Assembly: GCA_024235215.1 (NCBI GenBank)
Contig: JACKMU010000008.1
Location: 150,563-214,562, forward strand
Direction of reading: 5' to 3'
DNA: 64,000 nucleotides
Origin: Chromatiaceae bacterium
Lineage (GTDB): Bacteria; Pseudomonadota; Gammaproteobacteria; Chromatiales; Chromatiaceae
Positions 19,946 through 28,721 of this stretch are shown piece by piece. The notes under the pieces were generated by a model. The model was given only the letters and a program-made list of their open reading frames with translations, made no database searches and had not been told where the DNA came from. The position numbers and the translations under genes are program-made. How positions within the stretch are numbered: position 1 is the stretch's first letter; the number at the start of each line of letters is the position of its first letter.

Positions 19946-20905
19946 ATGAATCAAAATCGGCTTCCCAAGAGAAACCTGTTCCCGGAGAGCGCCATCGTAC
20001 CAAACAACTTCAATCACCCCCCTCCTCAGCCGAAGTCTGCCCGACTCCTGGCACTGCTCAATGCTGATGTAGACGGTAAAAACCGGGTCGATTTTAGTGC
20101 CGTACTGGCACGACAGGAAATAGGCGTCTGCCTGATCGCGGCGGGCGCCCCGATCGATCCCCGGCTGTCATTGCAGGAGTTAGTGAATGGTGATGAACCG
20201 ACTAAACCGCTACCGCCCCCGGAACCGGATGGCGTACTCAGGCTCTCCGCTGGAGAGTGCCTCAGCCGATTCAGTGAGCTGGACTCACGCCAGCAGTCGC
20301 GATTGATCAAGCTGATATGTCAACTGGAGTCGACGTTCGACTACATTATCATCGAGACAGAGTCGGAACCGGGTGCAGCTCTACCGAGGATTTTTCAGGC
20401 TGCGTCCCTGATGCTGCTGGCCGTTGCACCCACAGCCGAGTCGCTGGCCTACGCCTTCGAGTTGCTGCGGACAATCAGGAAGGAGTACACGGAAAAGCAT
20501 GTTCAGGTTCTCCTGATCCACCCGGGAGCACTGCCGAGTGCTTCCGGCACCTTCAATCGACTGGAGCATGTGGCTTCCAGGTACCTGCAGATGGAGATCG
20601 GGTATCTTGGGCATCTCGATCCAGCTGACGCCGGGCGGAGCGAGGCGGTCGTCACTCGATTTTGCGCCGCCACCAGGACCATCCAATCTGCAACCAGGCT
20701 GAGTGACCATTTGTGCGGACTCTGCCCGGTGGAATTCACGGCTGGAAAGGGCCCATCTGTGCGAGAGGCCGGCCAGGTCAGTCAACCGGAGGCGAACGCT
20801 TTGCACCCATTTGCAGATGGTTCACAGGAGCGCCGCGATCAGCAGTCTCTCCGTGCTGCCATCCTGGGTGCCGCCCTGCTGGCGGAGAGAGAAGCGCTCG
20901 ACTAA
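19946..20905 (+). CDS. hypothetical protein, possible degenerate MinD/ParA-fold protein lacking the P-loop
   Basis: Walker-B-like FDYIIIETES followed by LMLLAVAPTAESLAYAFELLRTI resembles the MinD/FlhG/ParA core. The expected KGGxGK[ST] position reads LLNADVDGKNRV. ATG 19946 is preferred because the track start at 19844 overlaps the kinase gene. Confidence 0.35.
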   Translation: MNQNRLPKRNLFPESAIVPNNFNHPPPQPKSARLLALLNADVDGKNRVDFSAVLARQEIGVCLIAAGAPIDPRLSLQELVNGDEPTKPLPPPEPDGVLRLSAGECLSRFSELDSRQQSRLIKLICQLESTFDYIIIETESEPGAALPRIFQAASLMLLAVAPTAESLAYAFELLRTIRKEYTEKHVQVLLIHPGALPSASGTFNRLEHVASRYLQMEIGYLGHLDPADAGRSEAVVTRFCAATRTIQSATRLSDHLCGLCPVEFTAGKGPSVREAGQVSQPEANALHPFADGSQERRDQQSLRAAILGAALLAEREALD

Positions 20906-20960
20906 CCCCTTCCCGATCTGTTCCCGGCACAGGATACTCAGGCTGCCAGCCAGCACCACT

Positions 20961-21326
20961 TCAACCCAGCAGTACCAACAGCCAGACAGTGAACGCGATG
21001 GTGATACTCAGGAACACGGCAGCCGAGCCCATGTCCTTGGCCCGTCCCGACAGCTCATGCTGCTGGCCACCAAATCTGTCAACCACCGCCTCTATCGCCG
21101 AGTTGAGAATCTCGGCCAACGGTACCAACAGCAGGCTGCCCACCAACAGCGCTCGTTCGAGTCCGTTGCGACCCAACCAGAGCCCGAATGGCAGCAGCAG
21201 CAGCAGCGCCAGCACCTCCTGGCGAAAGGCTTCCTCGTGTTTGAAGCAGGCTTTGAAGCCGGCTATCGAGTAGTACCAGGCATTCACCAGACGCCGGATT
21301 CCGGTGGCACGCTGGTCAGCCATCAT
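20961..21326 (-). CDS. dgkA: diacylglycerol kinase
   Basis: 121 aa from MMADQRATGIRRLVNAWYYSIAGFKACFKHEEAFRQE...AIEAVVDR...AKDMGSAAV, typical DgkA sequence and length. The track ORF is extended 5' to 21479. Confidence 0.85.
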   Translation of the reverse strand: MMADQRATGIRRLVNAWYYSIAGFKACFKHEEAFRQEVLALLLLLPFGLWLGRNGLERALLVGSLLLVPLAEILNSAIEAVVDRFGGQQHELSGRAKDMGSAAVFLSITIAFTVWLLVLLG

Positions 21327-21566
21327 CCCTCCCGCCCGGCTGGATGCCACTTTGTGACCGGCATCGGCCGGTAGCACCCGCAGGTCGTAGGGCGCCCCTC
21401 TCCAGTTCCGGTTCGCATTTAATCGCCCGCGGGTTACCGAGCGTGACGACCCATTCATAACACAGCTGTTTGCGTTCACGCTGCTGCATGCCCAGGGCTG
21501 CGGGAATCTTTGGAAGCTCCTCGCGCAAGTGCAGAACGAGTGGCATTCTTAACGCCTGATCTGCGC

Positions 21567-21962
21567 TCAATGTTCGTCGGAATCAATGATACCGGCATAC
21601 TCGTCGGCATCCATCAGTTCTTCCAGGTCGGCCGGATCGCTCATCTTCACCGAGAAGAGCCAACCCGCACCATACGCATCCTGGTTGACTATTTCCGGTG
21701 CGTCGCCCAGCGCCTCGTTAACGACTAACACCTCTCCGGAGACTGGGCTGTAAATATCCGACGCAGCCTTTACCGACTCGACCACTGCGCACTCACTACC
21801 GGCAACCAGCGACTCTCCCACCTCTGGCAACTCAACGAACACCAGGTCGCCCAACTGCACCTGCGCATGATCGGTAATTCCGACGACGACCGTACCATCG
21901 CCCTCATCCCGTACCCATTCATGACTCTTCGCGTATTTAAGATCAGTTGGTATGTTGTTCAT
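21567..21962 (-). CDS. gcvH: glycine cleavage system H protein (lipoyl carrier)
   Basis: 131-aa ORF with [15 protein letters not shown] and the lipoyl-lysine context [18 protein letters not shown]. Confidence 0.9.
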   Translation of the reverse strand: MNNIPTDLKYAKSHEWVRDEGDGTVVVGITDHAQVQLGDLVFVELPEVGESLVAGSECAVVESVKAASDIYSPVSGEVLVVNEALGDAPEIVNQDAYGAGWLFSVKMSDPADLEELMDADEYAGIIDSDEH

Positions 21963-22013
21963 CTTCGATCTCCCTGGTTGATAATAGTAGGGCGGGACTT
22001 GATTACACTTGCA

Positions 22014-23288
22014 CTATGTCGATGCGCGACCGGGCTGACGCTTCCAACCAGCGCCTCCAGGATGGTATCTGGCCAGCTCCGGCAACTCTCCAGTCAATCC
22101 CATGGCGCGGCGTACCAGCATCCTTTTGAACGGGCCGGCAGCATCCGTCAGGTTGAGGCCAAGGTTGCGCAGCAGACAGAGTGGTGGATTATCGTTACTG
22201 AATATCCGTTTGAACAGATCCATCAGGGTCAGCATCTCCATATTTGCACCTCTCCTGGCACGCTCATAACGGCGCAGCGTGGCGTGGCTGCCCAGCGGAC
22301 GTCGCTGCGCGCGCGCATCCTGTACCACCTCAGCGAGAACCGCCGCATCGAGAAATCCCAGATTGACCCCCTGCCCCGCCAGCGGATGAATGCCATGTGC
22401 CGCATCGCCGATCAGCGCCACCCCGTCGGCAACGTACCACTGCGCATGTCGCCGCTGCAGCGGAAAGCTGGTGCGCGTTCCCACCCGGAGTATCCGGCCA
22501 AGGCAGAATTCGCTGGCCAGTTCAAGCTCACGACAGAATGCGTCTTCATCAAGGCCGAGCAGATAGTCGGCCTGATCGGGCAGGGTAGACCAAACGATGG
22601 AACACTCTCCTCCGGCGATTGGCAGAAACGCCAGAGGACCAGTCGGCATAAAACGCTGACGGGCCACTTCACCATGCGCTCTCTCCGGCCGCACGGCCGC
22701 AACAACAGCCCGCTGATCATAGCTCCAGCCGGTAAACGGTATACCTGCCAGCGCTCTGAGCCGGGAGTTCGCACCATCAGCTGCGACAATCAGTTGCGCT
22801 TCGATCCGCCTGCCGCTGGCCAATATCAGCGCTGGTCTCTCGCCACTCAGATCGAGTCGATCGAGGGTGTCGGGACAGAGCAAGTGGATATTCCCCAGCT
22901 GGCGCAGGCACTCCCATAGTGCCAGCTGAGTCACCCGATTCTCCACGATGTGCCCGAGATCCGGTTCCCCGATATCTGCGGCTTCAAATCGGATGCTGCC
23001 GTTACCGGCCGCATCCCAGACGAACATACCGCGGTACGGAGAGACGCGCATCTGCGCCATACGCTGCCAGACACCCAGGTTCTCCAGAATGTATTGTGAG
23101 GCACGGGTCAGCGCCGAAACGCGCAGATCCACCTGTTCGCGCGACCAGTCGGCATCAGGCGCCGACCGCTCCACCAACGCCAGTTTGAAATCCTGCTGCG
23201 CCAGCGCACAAGCGAGCGCGCTGCCGACCATGCCGGCCCCCACGATAGCCAGGTCACAACGGACTACCTGCTGTGGCTTAACATCCAA
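22014..23288 (-). CDS. ubiI: UbiH/UbiF/VisC/COQ6-family FAD-dependent ubiquinone hydroxylase (UbiI-like by position)
   Basis: 424-aa ORF with DLAIVGAGMVGSALA (FAD-binding GxGxxG) and LIGDAAHGIHPLAGQGVNLG. Lies downstream of ubiH as in E. coli. Confidence 0.65.
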   Translation of the reverse strand: MDVKPQQVVRCDLAIVGAGMVGSALACALAQQDFKLALVERSAPDADWSREQVDLRVSALTRASQYILENLGVWQRMAQMRVSPYRGMFVWDAAGNGSIRFEAADIGEPDLGHIVENRVTQLALWECLRQLGNIHLLCPDTLDRLDLSGERPALILASGRRIEAQLIVAADGANSRLRALAGIPFTGWSYDQRAVVAAVRPERAHGEVARQRFMPTGPLAFLPIAGGECSIVWSTLPDQADYLLGLDEDAFCRELELASEFCLGRILRVGTRTSFPLQRRHAQWYVADGVALIGDAAHGIHPLAGQGVNLGFLDAAVLAEVVQDARAQRRPLGSHATLRRYERARRGANMEMLTLMDLFKRIFSNDNPPLCLLRNLGLNLTDAAGPFKRMLVRRAMGLTGELPELARYHPGGAGWKRQPGRAST

Positions 23289-24516
23289 TGCTCAACCCCC
23301 GGGCAAGCCGTGGCAGGCGACCATTGACGCCCATGAATTGACGGGTCAACAGATGTTTCATCGGTGGCATCATATCCAACGCCAGCATACCCAGATCACG
23401 TGCCAGGCGCACCGGGGGCAGCGGATTGGTAAACAGTCGCACCAATCCATCGGTCATCAGCGCGGACAGCTGTTGATCGCGCTGCCGCCAGGCAGCATAG
23501 TGCCGGAGTATTTTCAGCGAGCCCGGATCCTGCGCTTGGCGACGGGCTTCCACCAATACTTCGGCCAGTACCGCAACATCCCGGATACCCAGGTTGAACC
23601 CCTGTCCGGTGATCGGGTGCAGCGCATGTGCAGCATTGCCGATCAACGCCACGCGCGGTCGGATAAACTCTTTGGCGCGCACCAGGCTAAGTGGATAACT
23701 TGATCGCTGCCCAGCCCGCTGAAAGCGCCCCAGACGATAACCGAAACGCTCCTGCACCTGCGCCAGGAATGCAGCATCCCCCAGCGCCATCACCTGCGGC
23801 AGGTTCCCGTCTTCAACCGTCCAGACCAGTCCGTACCTGCCCTGATTCAGCGGCAGCATGGCCATGGGTCCGCTCTCGGTGAAGCGCTCAAACGCAGTTC
23901 CATTAGGCGCCACGCCGGGAGTGAGATTGCTGATCACCGCACTCTGACCATAACCCCATTCAACCGCCTCCATTCCCAGCTGTTGGCGAATTTTTGAACG
24001 TGTGCCATCGGCTGCCACCAACAGCTGGCCACGCAGGGTCCGCTCCGCGTTATCCTGGGAGATGGTTACCTCGACCGCGACGCCGGAAACTTCGAAGTCG
24101 ACCAGAGAAGCGGGACAGAAGAGCGCGACATCGGGCATGTCATCGAGTCCCTGAAGCAGGCTGTTCCCAAGATCGTGACCGGTCGCCACATAACCCAGCG
24201 CATCCACATTCAGCTGCTGGTGATCCAGCCGGGTAAATCCGAAGTTTCCCCGGTCGGAGACATGGATGTGCCGGATCGGCTCAACCTTGGGTGAGAGCGC
24301 CGACCACAGGCCCATCCCTTCCAGGATCAACCGGGTCCCGTGGGCAAGCGCGATCGCCCGATCATCATAACTCGGCTGCCGTTGCGAGCTAAGTGACCAG
24401 GATTCGATGACCGCCATGCTCAGCCCACAGCCGGAGAGTGCACGCGCCAGGCTGGCACCCACCATTCCCCCACCGACGATAATGAGATCAAACTCCCGAT
24501 TCATAGCCTTCCGCAA
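23278..24516 (-). CDS. ubiH: 2-octaprenyl-6-methoxyphenol hydroxylase
   Basis: 412-aa ORF with DLIIVGGGMVGASLA and LIGNAAHALHPITGQGFNLG. Lies immediately downstream of pepP. Confidence 0.75.
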   Translation of the reverse strand: MRKAMNREFDLIIVGGGMVGASLARALSGCGLSMAVIESWSLSSQRQPSYDDRAIALAHGTRLILEGMGLWSALSPKVEPIRHIHVSDRGNFGFTRLDHQQLNVDALGYVATGHDLGNSLLQGLDDMPDVALFCPASLVDFEVSGVAVEVTISQDNAERTLRGQLLVAADGTRSKIRQQLGMEAVEWGYGQSAVISNLTPGVAPNGTAFERFTESGPMAMLPLNQGRYGLVWTVEDGNLPQVMALGDAAFLAQVQERFGYRLGRFQRAGQRSSYPLSLVRAKEFIRPRVALIGNAAHALHPITGQGFNLGIRDVAVLAEVLVEARRQAQDPGSLKILRHYAAWRQRDQQLSALMTDGLVRLFTNPLPPVRLARDLGMLALDMMPPMKHLLTRQFMGVNGRLPRLARGLSIGC

Positions 24517-24549
24517 TCCCAGGAAATAACATCAGCATCAGCATCAGCA

Positions 24550-25872
24550 TCAGCGCTCAGGCTGCTGCTTCGCCATCAATGTCTCAATCTCCTGCACACT
24601 CTTAGGAACATCCTTACTCAGAATTTCGCAGCCGGTTTTGGTCACGACCACATCATCTTCGATGCGAATGCCTATATTCCACCACTTCCTGGCGACGCCT
24701 TTGCTACGACCGGGAATATAGAGCCCGGGTTCCACAGTCAGCACCATGCCGGGTTCCAGCATGCGCCATGCGCCATCCACTTTGTAGTCGCCCACGTCGT
24801 GTACGTCCATGCCCAGCCAATGACCGGTCCGATGCATATAGAAGCGTTTATAAGCCTCTTTTTCAATCACACTGGAGAGATCCCCCTTGAGTATCCCCAG
24901 TTCGATCAGACCGCGGGTGATCACCCGCACCGCCGCATCATGCGGATCGTTCCAGTGATTGCCCGGCTTCACCTTCTCAATCGCCGCCAGTTGAGCCTCC
25001 AGCACCAGCTCATAAAGCGCCTGCTGGGGTGCCGTGAAGCGACCATTGACCGGGAATGTGCGGGTGATATCCGAAGCGTAGCAGTCAAGTTCACAACCGG
25101 CATCGATAAGCAGCAGATCTCCGTCACGCAGCAGATCCCTGTTGTCAATGTAGTGCAAGACGCAACCGTTGGCGCCACCCCCGACAATCGGAGAGTAGGC
25201 CTGTTCGCGGGCGCCGGCAACGGCACAGGTGTGGATTATCTCCGCTTCGACCTGCCACTCCCCGATACCCGGTCGGCAGATCTGCATTGCCCGCAGATGA
25301 GCTCTGGCTGAGATTTTCGCTGCGTCACGCATCTTCTTTATTTCAGAGCGGCTTTTGTACAGCCGCATGTCGTGCAGATAGTGGTCCAGTGCGACGAACT
25401 CGAGCGGCCCCTGGATACCGGCTCTGCTCTTTTCACGGATCCCACTGATCCACTCTGACATCCGTTTGTCCAACTCGGTGCTGTAGCCCATCGCGTAATA
25501 CACCCGTTCACACTGCTCCAGCATGCGCGGCAATATCTCATCCAGATCTCCGATCGGAAACGAGTCCTCTGCGTCGAACTCCTCTTTTGCCCCCTCCTGA
25601 CCGTAGCGCGGACCATCCCACACCTCCTTGTCCAAATCACGCTCCTGGCAGAACAGGATAAACTCTGCCGGTTTACGTCCGGGAATCAGCGCCAGCACCG
25701 CATTGGGTTCCGGAAAGCCGGTCAGATAGTAGAAATCGCTGTCCGGCCGGTAGCGGTAATGGGCATCACGATTTCTGCGCGCCATTGGTGCCGACGGCAA
25801 AATTGCAATACTGCCCGGCCCCATCATGCGCATCAACTGCCCGCGGCGCCGTTTGTATTCGTTGGTGCTCAT
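24550..25872 (-). CDS. pepP: Xaa-Pro aminopeptidase
   Basis: 440-aa ORF. N-terminal AMP_N region (FRPDSDFYYLTGF-like: YRPDSDFYYLTGFPEP) and C-terminal M24 metal-binding motifs (HRTGHWLGMDVHD, EPGLYIP). Confidence 0.9.
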   Translation of the reverse strand: MSTNEYKRRRGQLMRMMGPGSIAILPSAPMARRNRDAHYRYRPDSDFYYLTGFPEPNAVLALIPGRKPAEFILFCQERDLDKEVWDGPRYGQEGAKEEFDAEDSFPIGDLDEILPRMLEQCERVYYAMGYSTELDKRMSEWISGIREKSRAGIQGPLEFVALDHYLHDMRLYKSRSEIKKMRDAAKISARAHLRAMQICRPGIGEWQVEAEIIHTCAVAGAREQAYSPIVGGGANGCVLHYIDNRDLLRDGDLLLIDAGCELDCYASDITRTFPVNGRFTAPQQALYELVLEAQLAAIEKVKPGNHWNDPHDAAVRVITRGLIELGILKGDLSSVIEKEAYKRFYMHRTGHWLGMDVHDVGDYKVDGAWRMLEPGMVLTVEPGLYIPGRSKGVARKWWNIGIRIEDDVVVTKTGCEILSKDVPKSVQEIETLMAKQQPER

Positions 25873-25880
25873 GTGTGTGA

Positions 25881-26426
25881 TTACCCTTGTCCAACCAGAT
25901 CGTCGTAGATCAACATCGTCGCCACCCGCAGAAATTCTGCAACCTGCATCAACGCCTCCTCCTCCTCTTCATCATGCTCGTTCAACTCATCCAGTTCCAT
26001 CCGGGTGATCTCCCCGAAGTCGGCCAAAGCCTCCCGGGTGCTCTCAGAAAACTCACGTGCGTCATCCACAGCTGCCAACCCCACTCCGTAGAGAAACCCT
26101 TCACTCCAGTCACGCACAGCGGCGGCACGTAAACCAAGCGGATGCCTGTCGTCCGGGAGCAGCAGTTCGAAACCCAACTCTGGATCCATCATCGCCATGG
26201 ACGTCTGTGCATACAGCTGGTGCAGCGTACGCTGGCACTCCGCCCGGAGCAGATCTCCGTTGTCGGGCGACGAAAACAGCTCGGCAAACCAGCGCTCGCA
26301 GGCATCGGCGCTATTGGCACAGAGGAGTCCGCACAGCATCCCGTGCACTTCCGCACCACTTAGCTCCACGTCCGCGGAAGCGAGGCGGTGCTCCAACTCC
26401 TCGTTCGACACTATTGAATCTGACAT
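25881..26426 (-). CDS. ygfB: UPF0149 family protein YgfB
   Basis: About 181 aa from MSDSIVSNEE, with AEVHGMLCGLLCA and an acidic C-terminal half. Conserved position between pepP and zapA. Confidence 0.7.
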   Translation of the reverse strand: MSDSIVSNEELEHRLASADVELSGAEVHGMLCGLLCANSADACERWFAELFSSPDNGDLLRAECQRTLHQLYAQTSMAMMDPELGFELLLPDDRHPLGLRAAAVRDWSEGFLYGVGLAAVDDAREFSESTREALADFGEITRMELDELNEHDEEEEEALMQVAEFLRVATMLIYDDLVGQG

Positions 26427-26544
26427 AATGCATGCATCTCTGTTACCGCGTTGGCTGCTACCGTCCGGCCCCGACAAAACAGGGAAAGCATAACATGCTG
26501 TGGATAGCGTTGACCGAATCGATCGCTCATTCTATATTGATCGG

Positions 26545-26778
26545 ATGAGCATCGATCAGCACAAGACAGCAGCAGAATCGGGTCTGGATAGCCTGGAGGA
26601 ACGAATCGATGAGCTTATTGCGACAGTCAAGAAGCTGAAAGAAGAGAATCGCGCGTTGCGCTCCAAGCAGGAACGCCTCATTGCCGAGAGAGCCGATCTG
26701 ATCGACAAAACAGATTTGGCAAGAACCCGGGTCGAGTCCATGATCACCAGACTCAAGTCCATGGAAAGCAATCTGTGA
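26545..26778 (+). CDS. small coiled-coil protein (ZapB-like / TIGR02449-type) upstream of zapA
   Basis: 77-aa heptad-rich ORF (LEERIDELIATVKKLKEENRALRSKQERLIAERADLIDK). Overlaps the zapA start by 4 nt. Confidence 0.6.
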   Translation: MSIDQHKTAAESGLDSLEERIDELIATVKKLKEENRALRSKQERLIAERADLIDKTDLARTRVESMITRLKSMESNL

Positions 26779-27089
26779 ATGAGCCAAGCATCCCCGTCAT
26801 AGTCACTATTCTGGACAAGGAGTACCGCGTTGCCTGCCAGAAGGGAGAGGAGGAGGGTCTCAAGGCCTCCGCCCGCTTGCTCGACGCAAAGATGCGCAGC
26901 ATCCGCGCTACCGGTAAGGTGATCGGTACCGACCGTATGGCAGTGATGGTTGCACTGAATCTGGCGCATGAACTGCTCCAACAGCAAAGCAAGGATTCGA
27001 GCACCACTGCCGGCATCCAGAAACGCCTGCTCTCCATCCAGGACAAAATAGATATTGCGTTAAATCATCGCAATCAGCTGGAAGTTTGA
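26775..27089 (+). CDS. zapA: cell division protein ZapA
   Basis: 104-aa ORF with VTILDKEYRVACQKGEEEGLKASARLLDAKMRSIRATGKVIGTDRMAVMVALNLAHELL. Confidence 0.9.
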   Translation: MNEPSIPVIVTILDKEYRVACQKGEEEGLKASARLLDAKMRSIRATGKVIGTDRMAVMVALNLAHELLQQQSKDSSTTAGIQKRLLSIQDKIDIALNHRNQLEV

Positions 27090-27117
27090 AGCAATTAGGT
27101 TTAGCCTTAGCGGTAAG

Positions 27118-27305
27118 GGACGTTCCCTGCGGTGTTCGTAAGCCAACCGGGTATTTTCTTGAGCCTAATTCATACCCCGGGGAGAGAAAGTCGCTACTCG
27201 TGTGCATGTCCGCCCTGAGCGGAAAGCCTAAAGGTGGCACAGCTCTTCCCACTTGAGCCTTCTGGTTCAAGAACGAAAGTTGGCGACGGCACAGGCGGGG
27301 GATGT
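27118..27305 (+). ncRNA. ssrS: 6S RNA
   Basis: Lies between zapA and the 5-formyl-THF cyclo-ligase gene as in E. coli. Blocks alignable by eye to E. coli 6S: GUUCGUAAGCC, CUUGAGCCUAAUUCAUACC, GAAAGCCUAAAGGUGGCAC, CUUGAGCCUUCUGGUUCAAGAAC, GGCGACGGCACAGGCGGGG. The 5' and 3' ends can pair. Ends are approximate. Confidence 0.8.
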
Positions 27306-27408
27306 CCTCTTCCATTATCAGGCATCCCCTCCAATACCCCGGAGAGGGGGCGGCAGACGCCGAGATGACCGGCAGTACAGCCAACAAGACTCAGCTGGTC
27401 GTGGATAG

Positions 27409-28047
27409 ATGACCGTCTCAAATCTAATCGCAACGAAAAACGGAACCTCTTCTGCGAACCAGTTGCGTCATCAGTTGCGGGAGCGACGGCGCTCGCTCTC
27501 CAGGGCAGAGCAAACGGCAAACGCCGAAGCCGCGGCAGGACACCTGATCCGATGGGGTATTTTCCTACGCTATCAATCCATCGCGCTCTATCACGCCTGC
27601 GATGGAGAACTCGATCCATCCCCAATTATTCACCGTGGATTCAGTTATGGAAAAAAGCTCTACCTTCCGGTACTCAGAGGCGGCAACAAAAATGCGCTCT
27701 GGTTTGTCCCGCACCACCCGGAACAGCGCATGTGGAAAAACCGCTTTGGTATCGATGAACCCGATAGCGGCCGCAATGGACGCATCGCACCTTGGGGACT
27801 GGATCTGATACTGCTGCCTCTGGTCGGGTTCGATCAGTTGGGCAACAGACTGGGTATGGGTGGTGGCTTCTACGACCGCACACTGGCTTTTCTCAAGTGG
27901 CGCAGCCACTGGCACCGACCCACCCTCATCGGTATGGCTCATGATTGTCAACGCCTGCAGAAAATCGAAGCCCACTCCTGGGATATACCGCTAGACGGCA
28001 TCGTCAGCGAATCCGGGCTTCAGCTTATCGATAAGGGTAAAGCCTGA
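27409..28047 (+). CDS. ygfA: 5-formyltetrahydrofolate cyclo-ligase
   Basis: 212-aa ORF with LRERRRSLS...LILLPLVGFDQLGNRLGMGGGFYDRTL. Conserved position after ssrS. Confidence 0.85.
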   Translation: MTVSNLIATKNGTSSANQLRHQLRERRRSLSRAEQTANAEAAAGHLIRWGIFLRYQSIALYHACDGELDPSPIIHRGFSYGKKLYLPVLRGGNKNALWFVPHHPEQRMWKNRFGIDEPDSGRNGRIAPWGLDLILLPLVGFDQLGNRLGMGGGFYDRTLAFLKWRSHWHRPTLIGMAHDCQRLQKIEAHSWDIPLDGIVSESGLQLIDKGKA

Positions 28048-28115
28048 TATTCTGGCTTTTTAAAAAGGCTTTATTATACTCAGCCGATAGCGCCGTGTAG
28101 ATTCTACTGGGGGGG

Positions 28116-28664
28116 ATGATGATGATTGTAAAGAAAACAGCAACTAAGCGTGTGGGTAGCTTAACGAAAAAAGTTGCAGCCACCAAGCGGACCACCAGAA
28201 AAAAAACCACCCGACAGGAATCCGGTGGGCAAACCGACCAGACGCAGATCGCGGTAAAGAAAGCCGCAGTAAAAACTCGTTCTCCCAGTAAAAAAGTCGC
28301 TACAAAAAAGATCGCGCCAACGAAGCAGGCTCCCGTTAAAAGCGCCGTCGTCAAAAAACGATCTGTCAGTAAAAAAACAGCCGTCGTGAAAAAGCGCCCA
28401 GCAACAACGCAGGCAGCCACCGGGAAAAAGGTGACCACTAACAAAGCCTCGGTGGCGAAAAAAGCGCCGGTGACGCAGACCTTAACCAGGAAGAAAGTCG
28501 TCACAAAAACAAGCACAGCTGCGAAAACTGCTCCGGTAAAAAAACGCATCACACAGAAAAAGGTGGCTACTGCGCCCAGCGCAGTAAAAAAACGCTCAAC
28601 CAAACAGCGGGTACTGCGACCGAGGAAAGTCACACCCAGAAAAAAATCCACGCCCAAAGCCTGA
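28116..28664 (+). CDS. lysine/alanine/threonine-rich basic repeat protein (histone H1-like / AlgP-like)
   Basis: 182-aa ORF built from degenerate KK-containing repeats (VKKAAVKTRSPSKKVATKKIAPTKQAPVKSAVVKKRSVSKKTAVVKKRP...). Same orientation as ygfA, and a hairpin follows the stop. The mirror ORF on the minus strand is judged an antisense artefact. Confidence 0.6.
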   Translation: MMMIVKKTATKRVGSLTKKVAATKRTTRKKTTRQESGGQTDQTQIAVKKAAVKTRSPSKKVATKKIAPTKQAPVKSAVVKKRSVSKKTAVVKKRPATTQAATGKKVTTNKASVAKKAPVTQTLTRKKVVTKTSTAAKTAPVKKRITQKKVATAPSAVKKRSTKQRVLRPRKVTPRKKSTPKA

Positions 28665-28690
28665 AGAAAAAACTCAAGTTTTGTGCGCGC

Positions 28691-28721
28691 AAACAGACCT
28701 GAACACTGTCTGTTTATTTAT
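28691..28721 (+). terminator. stem-loop after the Lys-rich gene (weak intrinsic terminator, shared with the convergent ilvA end)
   Basis: AAACAGAC-CTGAACACT-GTCTGTTT followed by ATTTAT. The U-tract is poor. Confidence 0.4.

Noticed and set aside
21316-21570. An 84-aa minus-strand ORF filling the gcvH-dgkA spacer.
   Set aside because: It has no recognisable family or RBS, it overlaps the dgkA start region, and its composition is typical of random GC-rich ORFs.
28025-28657. A 210-aa Phe/Val-rich ORF resembling a membrane protein on the minus strand.
   Set aside because: It is the exact antisense mirror of the Lys-rich ORF (AAA/AAG becomes TTT/CTT). The plus-strand gene fits the local operon direction and has a downstream hairpin. 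The strand choice still deserves experimental confirmation.
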